The notes below the pieces were generated by a model, which saw only the letters and a program-made list of their open reading frames with translations, did not search any database and was not told the DNA's origin. A DNA stretch of 64,000 nt from a virus (taxonomy: Duplodnaviria; Heunggongvirae; Uroviricota; Caudoviricetes), in the IMG/VR virus record IMGVR_UViG_3300023202_000061. The stretch is one strand, 5' to 3'. Positions within the stretch are counted from its first letter, which is position 1; each line of letters starts with the position of its first letter. Shown here one piece after another: positions 26,533 to 36,420 of this stretch. The translations under genes were made by a program, and so were the position numbers.

Positions 26533-27492
26533 TTAGTTAGCCATCTCCTGAGCAACCTCAAGGGCACGTCCAACAATCTTCGATCCTGAACCGAACCAGA
26601 CTGACTTGGCACGACTCTCACCAGACCGACCACGATGATGAGTAAGGTACTCAGTGACAGCGTTGTAAGCACTCCACCAAGAGCCACGAATCGGAGCGTA
26701 GTCAGAGCCCTTACCGGTCTCAAACAGCTCAGCGATACGATTCTCGGTACGAGAAACCTTCATCACCTCAGTGCCATTGTCCATGACAACCTCAGGCTCA
26801 TCCAACTCAAAAACCTTACGAGTAAACTCGTTGAGTTGAAGAGAACCACGAACCTTCTTAGAAGAAAGATCCCGTGCTGACTTGACAACCTTCTCCAGGT
26901 TGTTCTGACCAGAGAGAATACCTTCACGAAGCACCGACACATCGACATTGCGGGTGTGACGGAGACTGATCAAAGAACCCTGACGTTGAGCCGCAGCCAT
27001 CTGGTTCATGCAGAACAATCGTACTGCGGTGAACCCTGCTCGGAGAGCAACGGAGCCATCGTGAGAGTTGGCCAAGATGACGTAAGGCTGAACCCTATCA
27101 TCTCCAATTACCTGCATCGGACCAGAGGTGACCTTTGCTTGGACCCAAACAATGCGTCCACCGTCAATGGAGCCGCAGACATCTGCCTCCAACAGACCTT
27201 CATCAAAGGCCATCTGAAACACATCGAAAGCGGTGTTGTTTTGGATGGGATGGTATCGAGAACCAACGGTGCCGACAACAGCGTTGTTATCACACCGAAC
27301 AATGGCTGAGGTTTCGGGAACCTCAGGACCAAGCTCTCCATCTTCCCTGCGAAGAAAGAGAGGACGCTTCTCAACGCTGAAGTCAAGGTTGGCCTGCTTG
27401 AGCGCTTCCGTAACCAGGAAACGACCGTCACCGGCAATCGTGGTTCCGCCAAAGGCATTGGTGTTCACTACGTTCTGAGTTTGTGCATTCAT
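26533..27492 (-). CDS. DUF932 (TIGR03299-like) phage/plasmid protein
   Basis: VGSRYHPIQN...GSIDGGRIVW...VILANSHDGS...VRLFCMN...RHTRN...WWSAYNAVTEYLTH. Confidence 0.88.
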   Translation of the reverse strand: MNAQTQNVVNTNAFGGTTIAGDGRFLVTEALKQANLDFSVEKRPLFLRREDGELGPEVPETSAIVRCDNNAVVGTVGSRYHPIQNNTAFDVFQMAFDEGLLEADVCGSIDGGRIVWVQAKVTSGPMQVIGDDRVQPYVILANSHDGSVALRAGFTAVRLFCMNQMAAAQRQGSLISLRHTRNVDVSVLREGILSGQNNLEKVVKSARDLSSKKVRGSLQLNEFTRKVFELDEPEVVMDNGTEVMKVSRTENRIAELFETGKGSDYAPIRGSWWSAYNAVTEYLTHHRGRSGESRAKSVWFGSGSKIVGRALEVAQEMAN

Positions 27493-27652
27493 ATGATACT
27501 TCCTTCTTCGTACTCGTCAATCTCGCCTTGCTTATTTTTTACAACAGCAAGTTTCACATCTTTGTGATTGCGCCGCCTAAGAAAGGCAGCCTCAATGGTA
27601 TATGGTCCGTGCTTATCAGAAATAAGTTGAACCGAAACTTTATCGCCCCGTT

Positions 27653-27973
27653 TCAATCGACTATCCACATCTCAACGTACTGTTGAACAGTACCTGTCCA
27701 AACACAAGGTTTAGCCTTTTCCCCATCAACTACATTCAGATTGTGAGAGCGAACGGTTACCTTGTTCTCTTTCTTATCAGCGCTTACCAAAATACCAGTG
27801 TACATTGGCCAGCCCTTTTTTGCTCGCTCCTTAGACTTGAGGCACACTCCGGGAACCATGATGATGTCATCAGGATGTTCTGCATCAGCAGCGATCCTAT
27901 GAAAATCTGGCCCCTGAAAGGGAGTGTCCATATAGGCTTCGACAAAAGCCTGAGGATCTTCATTCTTTTGCAT
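27653..27973 (-). CDS. hypothetical protein
   Basis: 106-aa co-oriented ORF. Confidence 0.65.
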   Translation of the reverse strand: MQKNEDPQAFVEAYMDTPFQGPDFHRIAADAEHPDDIIMVPGVCLKSKERAKKGWPMYTGILVSADKKENKVTVRSHNLNVVDGEKAKPCVWTGTVQQYVEMWIVD

Positions 27974-28259
27974 CAGTCTTTTTCAATTTGTTGTATGGAG
28001 GTTTGTTCATCCAGTTGGGGTCGTGCCCTGCCCTCGCCTCTCCAGGAGAGTCGAAGAGAATCTTGACGTTACATTCCCAGAGCCGACCTCGAATGCCTCT
28101 GAAAGTAACTGCCTTTTCAAAGTGAACCAAAACTACCCAGTAGTCTTCAGCAAGTTCTTTAGCTTCTTTACTAGTAATCACACCCCGAACATCAGGGTGA
28201 GCAACGTGGTGTACAACCTTACCGAATAGGTCTTCGTTTTTGAATGGTTGCTTGCTCAT
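27960..28259 (-). CDS. hypothetical protein
   Basis: 99-aa co-oriented ORF. Confidence 0.65.
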   Translation of the reverse strand: MSKQPFKNEDLFGKVVHHVAHPDVRGVITSKEAKELAEDYWVVLVHFEKAVTFRGIRGRLWECNVKILFDSPGEARAGHDPNWMNKPPYNKLKKTDAKE

Positions 28260-28265
28260 TTTACC

Positions 28266-28757
28266 TCAAGCATTTTTATATCTTTGCTCTAACCGATTCA
28301 TGAGATCCTTCACCTCAGTCTCCAAACCTTCTGGTAAAACCCTGCACAACCAATGCTTACCAAAAGGATACCCTCTGTCTTCGTACAGTCCGATTCGTGC
28401 AAGCTCAATACAAGCATTATCGTACCAGTTCTTGTTTCCAATGTTAGCGGCTTTCACCACCTCCATCTGAGCTTCGGTACCGGCAACGATGTTGTTCAGG
28501 TGCCACTTATCCCAGATGTCGTACAACCTCTTTGCATCCTCATCACCTGAAAACATCTCAAGGAACTCTTCCTTGTTCTGTCCAGCAGAGTGGCGAGTCT
28601 CACCAACCAGAGAGAAGGCAGTAATCTCCTTCATATCTTCCAAGTCTGTGGTTAGGTGAGGGAAGCATGTTTTCTTCTCTTCAAACTTAGCCTCAAGTTT
28701 GAAGAGAAGAGGCTTTTTGTTACTCCATAGCTTTACTTTGTGAAGTCTCTTGGTCAT
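28266..28757 (-). CDS. conserved phage hypothetical protein
   Basis: WDKWHLNNIVAGTEAQ...YPFGKHWL. Confidence 0.75.
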   Translation of the reverse strand: MTKRLHKVKLWSNKKPLLFKLEAKFEEKKTCFPHLTTDLEDMKEITAFSLVGETRHSAGQNKEEFLEMFSGDEDAKRLYDIWDKWHLNNIVAGTEAQMEVVKAANIGNKNWYDNACIELARIGLYEDRGYPFGKHWLCRVLPEGLETEVKDLMNRLEQRYKNA

Positions 28758-29260
28758 ACAATGAATCCCGCTGCCTTAGCAGCTCCAGTCTCTACAAAGA
28801 TGTTCATCTCTCGGATACCTTCAACATCACCATCAATTACAGTACCGCCAGTTACCAAGAGAAGTGTTTGGCTCAGGATGATGTGGTCACCCTCAGAGTT
28901 GCCATACCACATGTTGGAACAAGCATCAACAGCATTCAGAGCAATGAGCTGAATGAACTGCAAGTGGTTCATATCTTCATTCCAAAACCTCAGCTCACCA
29001 TTTTCGTCCCTGACAACTGAGGTCAAATTTTCCAAAATCTCAGAGACCGCTCTGTTAATCTCGTCTTCGTCAGGATCCTCACCAACCGTAGTGAAGTCCT
29101 CGCCGTATCCCGAACCTTCAGCGATAGCGTTGATAAGCACTCCGGTTTTCAGCTCCAGGACATGACGTTTGGCAGCCTCCCAATCAGGAGTGCGGAATGA
29201 ACCATCCTTATCTCTTTCCTTGGGAAACTCCAAGGTGTTAACTACGAAGTCTGCGCTCAT
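28754..29260 (-). CDS. hypothetical protein
   Basis: 168-aa coupled ORF. Confidence 0.7.
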   Translation of the reverse strand: MSADFVVNTLEFPKERDKDGSFRTPDWEAAKRHVLELKTGVLINAIAEGSGYGEDFTTVGEDPDEDEINRAVSEILENLTSVVRDENGELRFWNEDMNHLQFIQLIALNAVDACSNMWYGNSEGDHIILSQTLLLVTGGTVIDGDVEGIREMNIFVETGAAKAAGFIV

Positions 29261-29607
29261 TTTGTTTCCTCCAAGAAATTTTCCAAGTCATCCCCAAACG
29301 TTGGCATGTTTGGATCATCATTCTCAGTGTATTGCCGGGTCAGTGTCTTTCCGTTGTGGGATGAGACATGAACCTTGACAGAAAAGCTGTCATTTGTAAT
29401 CGAGGTGCGAGTGACCAAGCAATGATAGTAACCAGTTGTGTCACCATCATCATTTACTGTGAAAAGACGCCAATAGTCCGTAGCCTCCACAGAATTTACA
29501 AGGTTGGCATCTTCCTCATCTTCACCATCATATTCACACTCAAAGTTATGATGGGTAAGAGTATCGGAAATCCTCTTAGAGAGGGTTTTCTTCTCTTTTT
29601 CAGTCAT
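29257..29607 (-). CDS. hypothetical protein
   Basis: 116-aa coupled ORF. Confidence 0.65.
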   Translation of the reverse strand: MTEKEKKTLSKRISDTLTHHNFECEYDGEDEEDANLVNSVEATDYWRLFTVNDDGDTTGYYHCLVTRTSITNDSFSVKVHVSSHNGKTLTRQYTENDDPNMPTFGDDLENFLEETK

Positions 29608-30455
29608 TTTCGTTCTTCCGGGTCACCACAGACCAAGCAGTTATCGTGACAAGGGTCTTCATCATGATTGTAGATACAGTATCCTGTCGGAGACTCAGGG
29701 CACTCCCAATACTTTCCCAGAGTAATGGAAGAGATATTGAGCCGCATCTTCTGAGCAATCATTTTACTAAGCCTTGACTCAGCTGAATGAATCTCGTACT
29801 CAACATCCTCTTTCTTCTTCTCAAGCTCTTCAATTTCTTTGGTAAGAGCCTCAATGTCCGCATTGGGGTTGTGTTGTGCCTGCATCTTCAACAGCTCTGA
29901 CCTTCCAGCCAGCTCCTTCTTTACGCCCTGGGCCTCTTCAATCTCTTCCTGAATCTCAGGAACGTTGACAACCGTCTTTCGTTCAAAAACATGGTAGGTG
30001 TAAATCCCGTCCTCGAAACCCTCTTCATCGTATAGGTACTCGCATTGAGGCTCACCCTTTCCAATGTAAGAGCCCCACTTGTGCCATCGCCATCCACCAT
30101 CTGGTGGCTGATCAGCTTTGGCAACGTGAGTAAAGCTAACACAGAAAGGTCGGTCACTTTCTCGAATGAATTTACCAAGTTCCGTTTCCCAGAACTGTTC
30201 GGGACCATCACAGACTCCGTAAGGTCCAAACTCATACAACCCCATGCTAGGATTGAGCACTCCCTTGGCAATAATCTCTTTACCAAGCTCGGGATAGGTT
30301 TCCCAATCCCCAAGAATGACATGCTCAAAGCTGAAGTGATTGATAAGGTAGGACCCTACTTCAAGTTCTGTGAAAGGAGTATCACTGTCGCCAATCCCAG
30401 CTAGGATAGCTATGATAGGATCTTCAACTGGGTTTTGAACTGCTTTGACTAACAC
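29604..30455 (-). CDS. conserved phage hypothetical protein with coiled coil and Cys-rich tail
   Basis: YGVCD...GGWRWHKWGSYIG...CEYLYDE; C-terminal CPESPTGYC...CLVCGDPEERK. Confidence 0.75.
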   Translation of the reverse strand: MLVKAVQNPVEDPIIAILAGIGDSDTPFTELEVGSYLINHFSFEHVILGDWETYPELGKEIIAKGVLNPSMGLYEFGPYGVCDGPEQFWETELGKFIRESDRPFCVSFTHVAKADQPPDGGWRWHKWGSYIGKGEPQCEYLYDEEGFEDGIYTYHVFERKTVVNVPEIQEEIEEAQGVKKELAGRSELLKMQAQHNPNADIEALTKEIEELEKKKEDVEYEIHSAESRLSKMIAQKMRLNISSITLGKYWECPESPTGYCIYNHDEDPCHDNCLVCGDPEERK

Positions 30456-31027
30456 GCTACCTCTCCCTGAGCATCACAGCTAGGCCCCTCAGCTGCACAA
30501 CTCTCATAGATGGTGCAGTTATCGGCGGACTCCTTAGCAGCTTCCATCACAGCTTCGTAGCCGTAGAATCCCCAGCAAGAATCCTGCTCACCAACGCGGC
30601 CTTCAACACGGTATCCGTAAACAGCACCGCTAAGATAGTGAGTGAACACTTCAATCTCGGACTCAAAAACCTCTTTCACTTTCTCTCTTAGCTTGTTACC
30701 AGAAAGATTTGGAAAGTATTCCTTAGCCTTCTCTTTTTTGCAGTAGATGATACCACATTGGCCAGAGTCAAAAGGATCTGCGAAACCTTCCGTGCTCAGG
30801 GCTACACCAGAATGAATGTAAGCGTACACTGGAAGGAAGATGGTGTCCTTTTCTTTGGCGATAGCCTCAATTTCATCTTGTTTCATCACCCTGTCACCAA
30901 GTAGGTAACGACCAGAGATGTAAAGAATCTCTCCAAGATGATCAAACTCTTCCCTGGGGTTGTCGGGCCAATCATCTACCATGATGGTAACCTTAAACCC
31001 GTTGTGCTCAAACGTTTCTGCGTTCAT
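30449..31027 (-). CDS. conserved hypothetical protein of mobile elements
   Basis: NPREEFDHLG...LPVYAYIHSG...DSGQCG...YLSGAVYGY...DSCWGFYG; start moved to MNAETF. Confidence 0.75.
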   Translation of the reverse strand: MNAETFEHNGFKVTIMVDDWPDNPREEFDHLGEILYISGRYLLGDRVMKQDEIEAIAKEKDTIFLPVYAYIHSGVALSTEGFADPFDSGQCGIIYCKKEKAKEYFPNLSGNKLREKVKEVFESEIEVFTHYLSGAVYGYRVEGRVGEQDSCWGFYGYEAVMEAAKESADNCTIYESCAAEGPSCDAQGEVAC

Positions 31028-31324
31028 TGTATTGCCTTCTTCAAATAGATAATCCATTGGGGATGGGGTGTGGGTGGAATGATTTGCACAAGCTCCCAGC
31101 CTTCCTCATAAAACTCTTCCAGTTGCTTTGCTGTGGGAGGGCCATCGCCCTCCAATACTTTGTATTTCATTCTTCTTCTTCCACAACCTTGAAGTCCAAA
31201 GACTCATCATCGATGAGTTCCGAGAGATAGGAGTAAACTCCCTCCTGGATGGCCCGCTGTGTTTCGGGGTCCTCCCTCTCCTCTTTGGTGAAGTTTGTTT
31301 CCAGGTCTAGCTCAATCAGTATCC

Positions 31325-31681
31325 TCATAGTCTCTCCAACGTTACGGTGCCGATTCCTTCAATGTCAATGCTCTCGCCATTCTCTTTTAGTTCTCGGAAC
31401 TTAGAGCGAATCAGGAACACTGTCTTGAAGGCTTCTAGGACTTTCTTTTCAGCTTCCTCGTCCATGACATAACGCTCATGAACGTGGCATTGCTTTGCAG
31501 CCTCTTCGGCCATCTGCATTGAGGTCTTGCCCTCATTGAATTTCTCATTGCAGCGTTCAATCACATCCCTGGCCTCCTTGACCCGTTGATAATGATCTTC
31601 AGCAGTATCAATGAAAGGCCAGGGATATAACTCACACCAGCTTACAAACAACCTTTTCATGTTGGAATGTATCCGATCCAA
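31325..31681 (-). CDS. hypothetical protein
   Basis: 118-aa co-oriented ORF. Confidence 0.65.
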   Translation of the reverse strand: MDRIHSNMKRLFVSWCELYPWPFIDTAEDHYQRVKEARDVIERCNEKFNEGKTSMQMAEEAAKQCHVHERYVMDEEAEKKVLEAFKTVFLIRSKFRELKENGESIDIEGIGTVTLERL

Positions 31682-32193
31682 TCTCTTGGAAAGTCTTTCA
31701 AGGTGGGTTCGTCAAGGCTCTTCAGGTTCCTTGTAAAGCGGATCCGGCCCTGCTTCTTCAAATAGGCGACAGCCAGTTCGCAATCTCTCCCAGTTAGCTT
31801 GCCAACCTTACGAAAGGTATGCTTCGTGGTCTTGATTGGATGCTCACTCTTCAAAGAGTGTACGATGAAATCGTAAATGTCTTCGGCCATGGCCTCGGTT
31901 TTATCGAAGTCAGAATCCGCTTTGTGCCTATAACTTTCCGTTCGCCTGAACAAGGATGACGAAACCGTCACAGGAGCGCGGACCTTCTCTTTTTTGGCGG
32001 CAGCCTCCGCGCTCTTCTTTTCCAACGCGAGAGCGAAAAGCTCGTACCCCGTGCGGCCCGTCTTTTTACGCTCCTGATAACCACCAGGACCTACAGTATT
32101 GCGAAAGAGCTTGGAAAGCTCTGTCTTCTGCATTCCGAAGGCTACCGTAGCATCCTTGGGCTTCCCACAACAGGGACAAACTTCACTCTTCAT
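31657..32193 (-). CDS. basic hypothetical protein with N-terminal CPCC
   Basis: 178 aa; possible C-terminal winged-helix-like segment. Confidence 0.65.
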   Translation of the reverse strand: MKSEVCPCCGKPKDATVAFGMQKTELSKLFRNTVGPGGYQERKKTGRTGYELFALALEKKSAEAAAKKEKVRAPVTVSSSLFRRTESYRHKADSDFDKTEAMAEDIYDFIVHSLKSEHPIKTTKHTFRKVGKLTGRDCELAVAYLKKQGRIRFTRNLKSLDEPTLKDFPRDWIGYIPT

Positions 32194-32375
32194 TACATCT
32201 CCTTTACATGTATCTGAAACTCAGACACATCATCTTCAGATACAACGCTAAGAAGCACCATTTCCTTGGAATCTCCCTTGGCATGAGCGTGCGTTGCAAT
32301 AATCTCTGAACCATCCTCCAACTTGTTATGATCAAGGGCGTTCTCAATGAAATCAAGTAGCTCTTCTTTGGTCAT
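32193..32375 (-). CDS. hypothetical protein
   Basis: 60-aa coupled ORF. Confidence 0.6.
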   Translation of the reverse strand: MTKEELLDFIENALDHNKLEDGSEIIATHAHAKGDSKEMVLLSVVSEDDVSEFQIHVKEM

Positions 32376-32432
32376 GACTTTCCTACAATACCTTCAAGAT
32401 GCTTCATGCCGGCGAGCGCCTTCCATCTCAAT

Positions 32433-32942
32433 TCATCCTCTCTGCTCACGGTCCCTCTTTATCTTATCATTTCTTCCATAGGCATATCCAGTAATGAACC
32501 CGGAAATACTTTCAAGAGAATCGGTGGAAAGCAGATTTTTATATGTTCCTTCCCGCCTTATCTTGAACTTGCCATCGTCAGTATCAATGCGAAGCTCCAA
32601 CCCACTGGTATGGGCAGCGTCCTTGCAAGAATTGTATGTAAGTATCCGAAGCGCTAACCCATACTTATTGATGTCTGGATCTCTATTGGGGTGTCCATCC
32701 TCCTCACTGGAGCCTCCAGCAACGGCCTCATCCTCCGCATCCATCTCAATGTGATACTGAGAACCTTCGACGATGTAACAGTCGTTGCTTAAGAGGCCGC
32801 CTTCGAGGGCGTGATCGATGTTCTTCTCAAGCTGTTGCTCAAGCATAGTAGTCTTGTGCTGCTCCAGCTCGTCGTCAGTCCCACCAGGATGAATCATGCC
32901 GAAGTCAACATCGATAATGATTCTTACTTTGCCGTGCATCAT
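32433..32942 (-). CDS. hypothetical protein
   Basis: 169-aa co-oriented ORF. Confidence 0.65.
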   Translation of the reverse strand: MMHGKVRIIIDVDFGMIHPGGTDDELEQHKTTMLEQQLEKNIDHALEGGLLSNDCYIVEGSQYHIEMDAEDEAVAGGSSEEDGHPNRDPDINKYGLALRILTYNSCKDAAHTSGLELRIDTDDGKFKIRREGTYKNLLSTDSLESISGFITGYAYGRNDKIKRDREQRG

Positions 32943-33199
32943 TGACCAACCTCTTTTTGTTTATGATCTTCCTCGTGTAGAATGTCCTTGAATGACAACC
33001 TATCCGAAGTGTATTCGGCATCGGTATGCTTGATAATCATGCTGAACGCCAAGTCTGCAAGATCCTGTACCAAATCCTGAAGCGGAACACCCGGACAGAT
33101 AATATCATTGCCGGACTTTACACGGGTAAAGCCAACCATCTCAGGAGAGAGCCAACCTGATTGCTGCTCCCCATACTTTTGGTCACCTTCACGAATCAT
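32939..33199 (-). CDS. hypothetical protein
   Basis: Start moved to MIREGD at 33199. Confidence 0.5.
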   Translation of the reverse strand: MIREGDQKYGEQQSGWLSPEMVGFTRVKSGNDIICPGVPLQDLVQDLADLAFSMIIKHTDAEYTSDRLSFKDILHEEDHKQKEVGQ

Positions 33200-33509
33200 G
33201 CGGAAACCACCCATCTCTCTCTGCCCCAAAGCGCCAACCCTGATTGTCTTCATTGCGCTCATCCGGAATAATGCCAAGCTCAACAGACTCGTAGTCTGTA
33301 ATCTTGGGAAGGTTAGTCTTAGGATGGCAGTAGTGAGACCACGAAGCCTGAATGGATAGGCAGAACCTGTTACCGCTCGGGTGGACCAGTCGGAGAGACA
33401 TGAAATGCCACCGCTGCCTGGGAATGCACCCAAGCAATGCTTGGACCTTCTTGATATTCAAAGGAACATCAAGCTCCGTAGTTGTTGTCTTTACAATGTT
33501 GTCAGTCAT
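33189..33509 (-). CDS. hypothetical protein
   Basis: LSIQASWSHYCHPK...YESVELG motif seen in phage proteins. Confidence 0.6.
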   Translation of the reverse strand: MTDNIVKTTTTELDVPLNIKKVQALLGCIPRQRWHFMSLRLVHPSGNRFCLSIQASWSHYCHPKTNLPKITDYESVELGIIPDERNEDNQGWRFGAERDGWFPHDS

Positions 33510-33662
33510 TGTTTCCCTCGGAACGCCTTAGTCGTTACAGTACGAATCTCTTTGCCGTGCTTAGATACAGCGTATCTAATGATGCGCTCAAGAGTCTCCA
33601 ATCTCTCTTGGTAATAAGCAGAAGGAAGCTCTTTTTCTTTCATGTAATACCTTAAAGTAAGG

Positions 33663-33756
33663 GTAGTGGGGGCGGGGTAAAATGTGTGCCCTCGGCAGGT
33701 ACCCGATCTTAGTTTGGAGAAAACCCCGATGTATTCTTTTTGAATTAACTCACCCC
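33663..33756. repeat. dispersed intergenic element E1 (second copy at 42149-42242)
   Basis: GTGTGCCCT..GCAGG(G)TACC.GATCTTAGTT.GG..AAAA..CC...TTCTTT..GAATTA shared between the copies. Confidence 0.7.
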
Positions 33757-33935
33757 GTTTGAGAAAGACAACCCCTCTCAGAAGGAGAGTAATTATCCAT
33801 CTCCTGGATTTTCAGGGCAAGATGCTTATCCGCTTCGGAACAAGATCGTGCCCGCAACAAATGATACTCAACCTTACCATTTTGAAAGGTTAGCGTTGAC
33901 CAGTGTGGTGGGTTGATGTGCTTTTTCTGTTTCAT
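33750..33935 (-). CDS. hypothetical protein
   Basis: Start moved to MKQKKH at 33935. Confidence 0.5.
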   Translation of the reverse strand: MKQKKHINPPHWSTLTFQNGKVEYHLLRARSCSEADKHLALKIQEMDNYSPSERGCLSQTG

Positions 33936-33945
33936 ATCTTTACTC

Positions 33946-34218
33946 CTATGCTGCTTCGTTAGGTTGAAGTCGTACCGCGTTGGCGAGCTTGAGCTGTACC
34001 GCCCTGTACTCCTCCGTATTTGCAGTGTGATAGTTAATGCCCAACTTCTCCAGGTCAGAGGCCAAAGGATGAATCTCTCTTTTGATAACCCCTTCCAAAT
34101 AAGCAATGCCGTAGCAAAGCTCATCCTTGGAGAAAGTATTAGCCAGCACCGGAGCTGACCAATTCATCGTGGGCGGTAGTTCGTATTGAAGTCGTTTCGA
34201 GCGCTGAGGGCGGGACAT
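33946..34218 (-). CDS. hypothetical protein
   Basis: 90-aa coupled ORF. Confidence 0.55.
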   Translation of the reverse strand: MSRPQRSKRLQYELPPTMNWSAPVLANTFSKDELCYGIAYLEGVIKREIHPLASDLEKLGINYHTANTEEYRAVQLKLANAVRLQPNEAA

Positions 34219-34682
34219 CAGTTTTCCTCTTTCGATCCCGCTGAATTCACTGGGGTAGAGAGGTGCTCAAAAGCCGTATCTTCTTCAGGAACATCTTCTT
34301 CAGGAACATCTTCTTCAGGAACATCTTCATCATAACCCAACTTTGTAAAGACCTCATCGACGTACTTTGCAAAGACTTCGAGAAGTTCAACAGGATCGAA
34401 TGGTAACACCATCTTACGAGAATCCATAAGAAGCATAGGAATCATCTTAGCGTATGTTTCCATCATGTTCCTGCTCATCATCTCCGAATACTCTTCAAGC
34501 TCTTCAGGAGAGAGTTTCTCCTGAGCTTCTTTGGTAAGATCAAGGTAGCGCTGAGCAATCAATCCCAAAGCATCTCTTGCAATATCGATAGAAGGAGAGG
34601 CACACCCCTTGAATTTATCTCTGTGGGCTTTGTGAATCAAATCGCAATTGGCACAACTGTCTTTGTCGTTATCATTACTCAT
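34218..34682 (-). CDS. hypothetical protein with (VPEED)x3
   Basis: 154 aa. Confidence 0.7.
   Translation of the reverse strand: MSNDNDKDSCANCDLIHKAHRDKFKGCASPSIDIARDALGLIAQRYLDLTKEAQEKLSPEELEEYSEMMSRNMMETYAKMIPMLLMDSRKMVLPFDPVELLEVFAKYVDEVFTKLGYDEDVPEEDVPEEDVPEEDTAFEHLSTPVNSAGSKEEN
34278..34322. repeat. in-frame 15-bp tandem repeat x3
   Basis: (ATCTTCTTCAGGAAC)x3 encoding VPEED. Confidence 0.9.
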
Positions 34683-34921
34683 GCTGATTTTCTTTCTCCC
34701 TCTTCGTAAAGCCTGAGTTGCTTACTCAAGAAACTTTCCCTAGGCTGAGCCTGAAGAAGAGCGTAAGCCTTGGCGTTGCCAAGGGTAGAAACCACAGTCC
34801 CTCCTGCACAATCCTTTGCACAGAAGAAGACCATGTTTGGTGCCCAATGAACTGCGTAGTGTCCTTCGGACCTGGACCAGTCCAGAATCTTCTGGGCTTC
34901 GGTGGGTTCGGCCTGGGCCAT
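34679..34921 (-). CDS. hypothetical protein
   Basis: 80-aa coupled ORF. Confidence 0.6.
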   Translation of the reverse strand: MAQAEPTEAQKILDWSRSEGHYAVHWAPNMVFFCAKDCAGGTVVSTLGNAKAYALLQAQPRESFLSKQLRLYEEGERKSA

Positions 34922-35241
34922 CAGTTTGATCTTACTTCAGGTGGAAGCCTAGACTCGCCATCCTCAAAGTCATTGATAACACGAACTTCGTTCATGTCCC
35001 TGATGTCAGCGCTATTCCAGAACTTCTCTGGCAAAACACCAACCCTGGACTCGACCGAAAGTCGAACCTGAAGAAGAGTCGGAAACCCTCCCATACCATC
35101 AGCCTTGGGATCGTCCATGGTTGAATACCATGGAAAATCTTCGTCCTCTGGTGTTTCAATGTTGGCGAAGAAGTTATTGCAAGGCCGGTCGAAACCGGCA
35201 GTGATGAGAAATTTACCTCGTTGGATCTTTGTTTGTGACAA
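34921..35241 (-). CDS. hypothetical protein
   Basis: 106 aa; AGFDRP...FF motif. Confidence 0.65.
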   Translation of the reverse strand: MSQTKIQRGKFLITAGFDRPCNNFFANIETPEDEDFPWYSTMDDPKADGMGGFPTLLQVRLSVESRVGVLPEKFWNSADIRDMNEVRVINDFEDGESRLPPEVRSN

Positions 35242-35815
35242 CTACTGAAACCTCTTCTATCTTTCTAAACTCTGATGGAGTCATTGTGCAGGCACTGTAT
35301 AAACCATCCGCCAAAGCATTCTGCTTTCGGTACCACTCAGGAGGATCCTGAGGAATAACAGCCGCCTCAGGATAGTTTTCATGATACATATGACGAATGA
35401 CCTTACATGGTCCAATGTTATTCACAGTCATGAAAACCTCGGAACCCACAGGAGGAAGAGCGTCTGAATGAGTATGCTCATCCAAGTACGCTACGATGTA
35501 AACATACCCGTAAGAACCCTTGGTATCAGCCTTGACCACCAAGACGAGATCCTCAAAGAGAGTTACCTCTCCAGCCTCAGAGGGTAAGAGCTTGCCAGAG
35601 TTGTATGCCTCGGTGTATCGCTCCATGATGAGCTTCCTCATCCCAGGACGATCTAGCACCGCTGTCAGTGCCATGGTTGTCCCTTCGGACTTTGAGTAAA
35701 CACTCTGGCGGTTTGGAACAAAATCCAATGTGTCGTCAAGTTGAATGGCTCGGGCACCCCAGGCGGCTGGAGCACCCTCCGGGGGCTGAAGCCCCCAAGA
35801 GAGTCTTGCAGTCAT
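35213..35815 (-). CDS. hypothetical protein
   Basis: 200 aa; WGARAI...KADTKGSYGYVY. Confidence 0.7.
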   Translation of the reverse strand: MTARLSWGLQPPEGAPAAWGARAIQLDDTLDFVPNRQSVYSKSEGTTMALTAVLDRPGMRKLIMERYTEAYNSGKLLPSEAGEVTLFEDLVLVVKADTKGSYGYVYIVAYLDEHTHSDALPPVGSEVFMTVNNIGPCKVIRHMYHENYPEAAVIPQDPPEWYRKQNALADGLYSACTMTPSEFRKIEEVSVVVTNKDPTR

Positions 35816-35820
35816 CCCCT

Positions 35821-36393
35821 TTACTCCTTGAAGACGTAAATCTCTCGCTCGCCCTGTCGAGCAAGACCTTCCTGATTGAAAGCCTTTACATTCGTCTTCC
35901 CAGATGGAGAACGAACAATGTGCTCTCGTTGAGAGAGAGGGGAGAAAGGGGAGATAGGGTTATCTTCTTTTACTTCACTTACCTCAATTACCTCAACCTT
36001 CATTGAAGGTGGCATCTTTCGAGCAGCACCACCATGAGCACCCTTAGCCTTGGGCTGAACGTCTCCAATGATGGTCAGCTCTTCCAGTTCAATGACCTTC
36101 GGAGCTGCCTTGATAGGTGACGGAGCACTCAAACCAGAGAGATGCATCTCTTCAGGAGTTTCCGCCCTAATGGACGGTGTAGATTCGGCCAGTGCTATCA
36201 TCATGATGAAAGTTCCGAGGCCGAGTGCGAGGGAGAGGAGAGCGAAAGCGGGGTGAAGTTTCTTGGAGGTAGTTGAGGGCATAGATGTTCTTTCTTGCAA
36301 AGGTGAAAATGATGTTGTTAATACAGGAGATGAAAAGTTGTGTTCCGATGGAAACGATGACGGTGCCAAAGCAAATGGCAAGGATAAGTGCAA
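35821..36393 (-). CDS. single-pass membrane protein
   Basis: Hydrophobic AFALLSLALGLGTFIMMIALA; true start probably MPSTT. Confidence 0.6.
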   Translation of the reverse strand: MHLSLPFALAPSSFPSEHNFSSPVLTTSFSPLQERTSMPSTTSKKLHPAFALLSLALGLGTFIMMIALAESTPSIRAETPEEMHLSGLSAPSPIKAAPKVIELEELTIIGDVQPKAKGAHGGAARKMPPSMKVEVIEVSEVKEDNPISPFSPLSQREHIVRSPSGKTNVKAFNQEGLARQGEREIYVFKE

Positions 36394-36420
36394 GCACTTG
36401 TTCAGGGGAAGAGATGATTA

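Noticed and set aside
27493-27520. sigma70 promoter TTGACG-16-TATCAT before DUF932
   Set aside because: The -10 element would abut the start codon and overlap the RBS region; spacing is not convincing
32939-33509. Single gene split by a frameshift (33189-33509 plus 32939-33199)
   Set aside because: An ATG overlapping the upstream stop gives a normal coupled two-gene arrangement; no slippery site was identified
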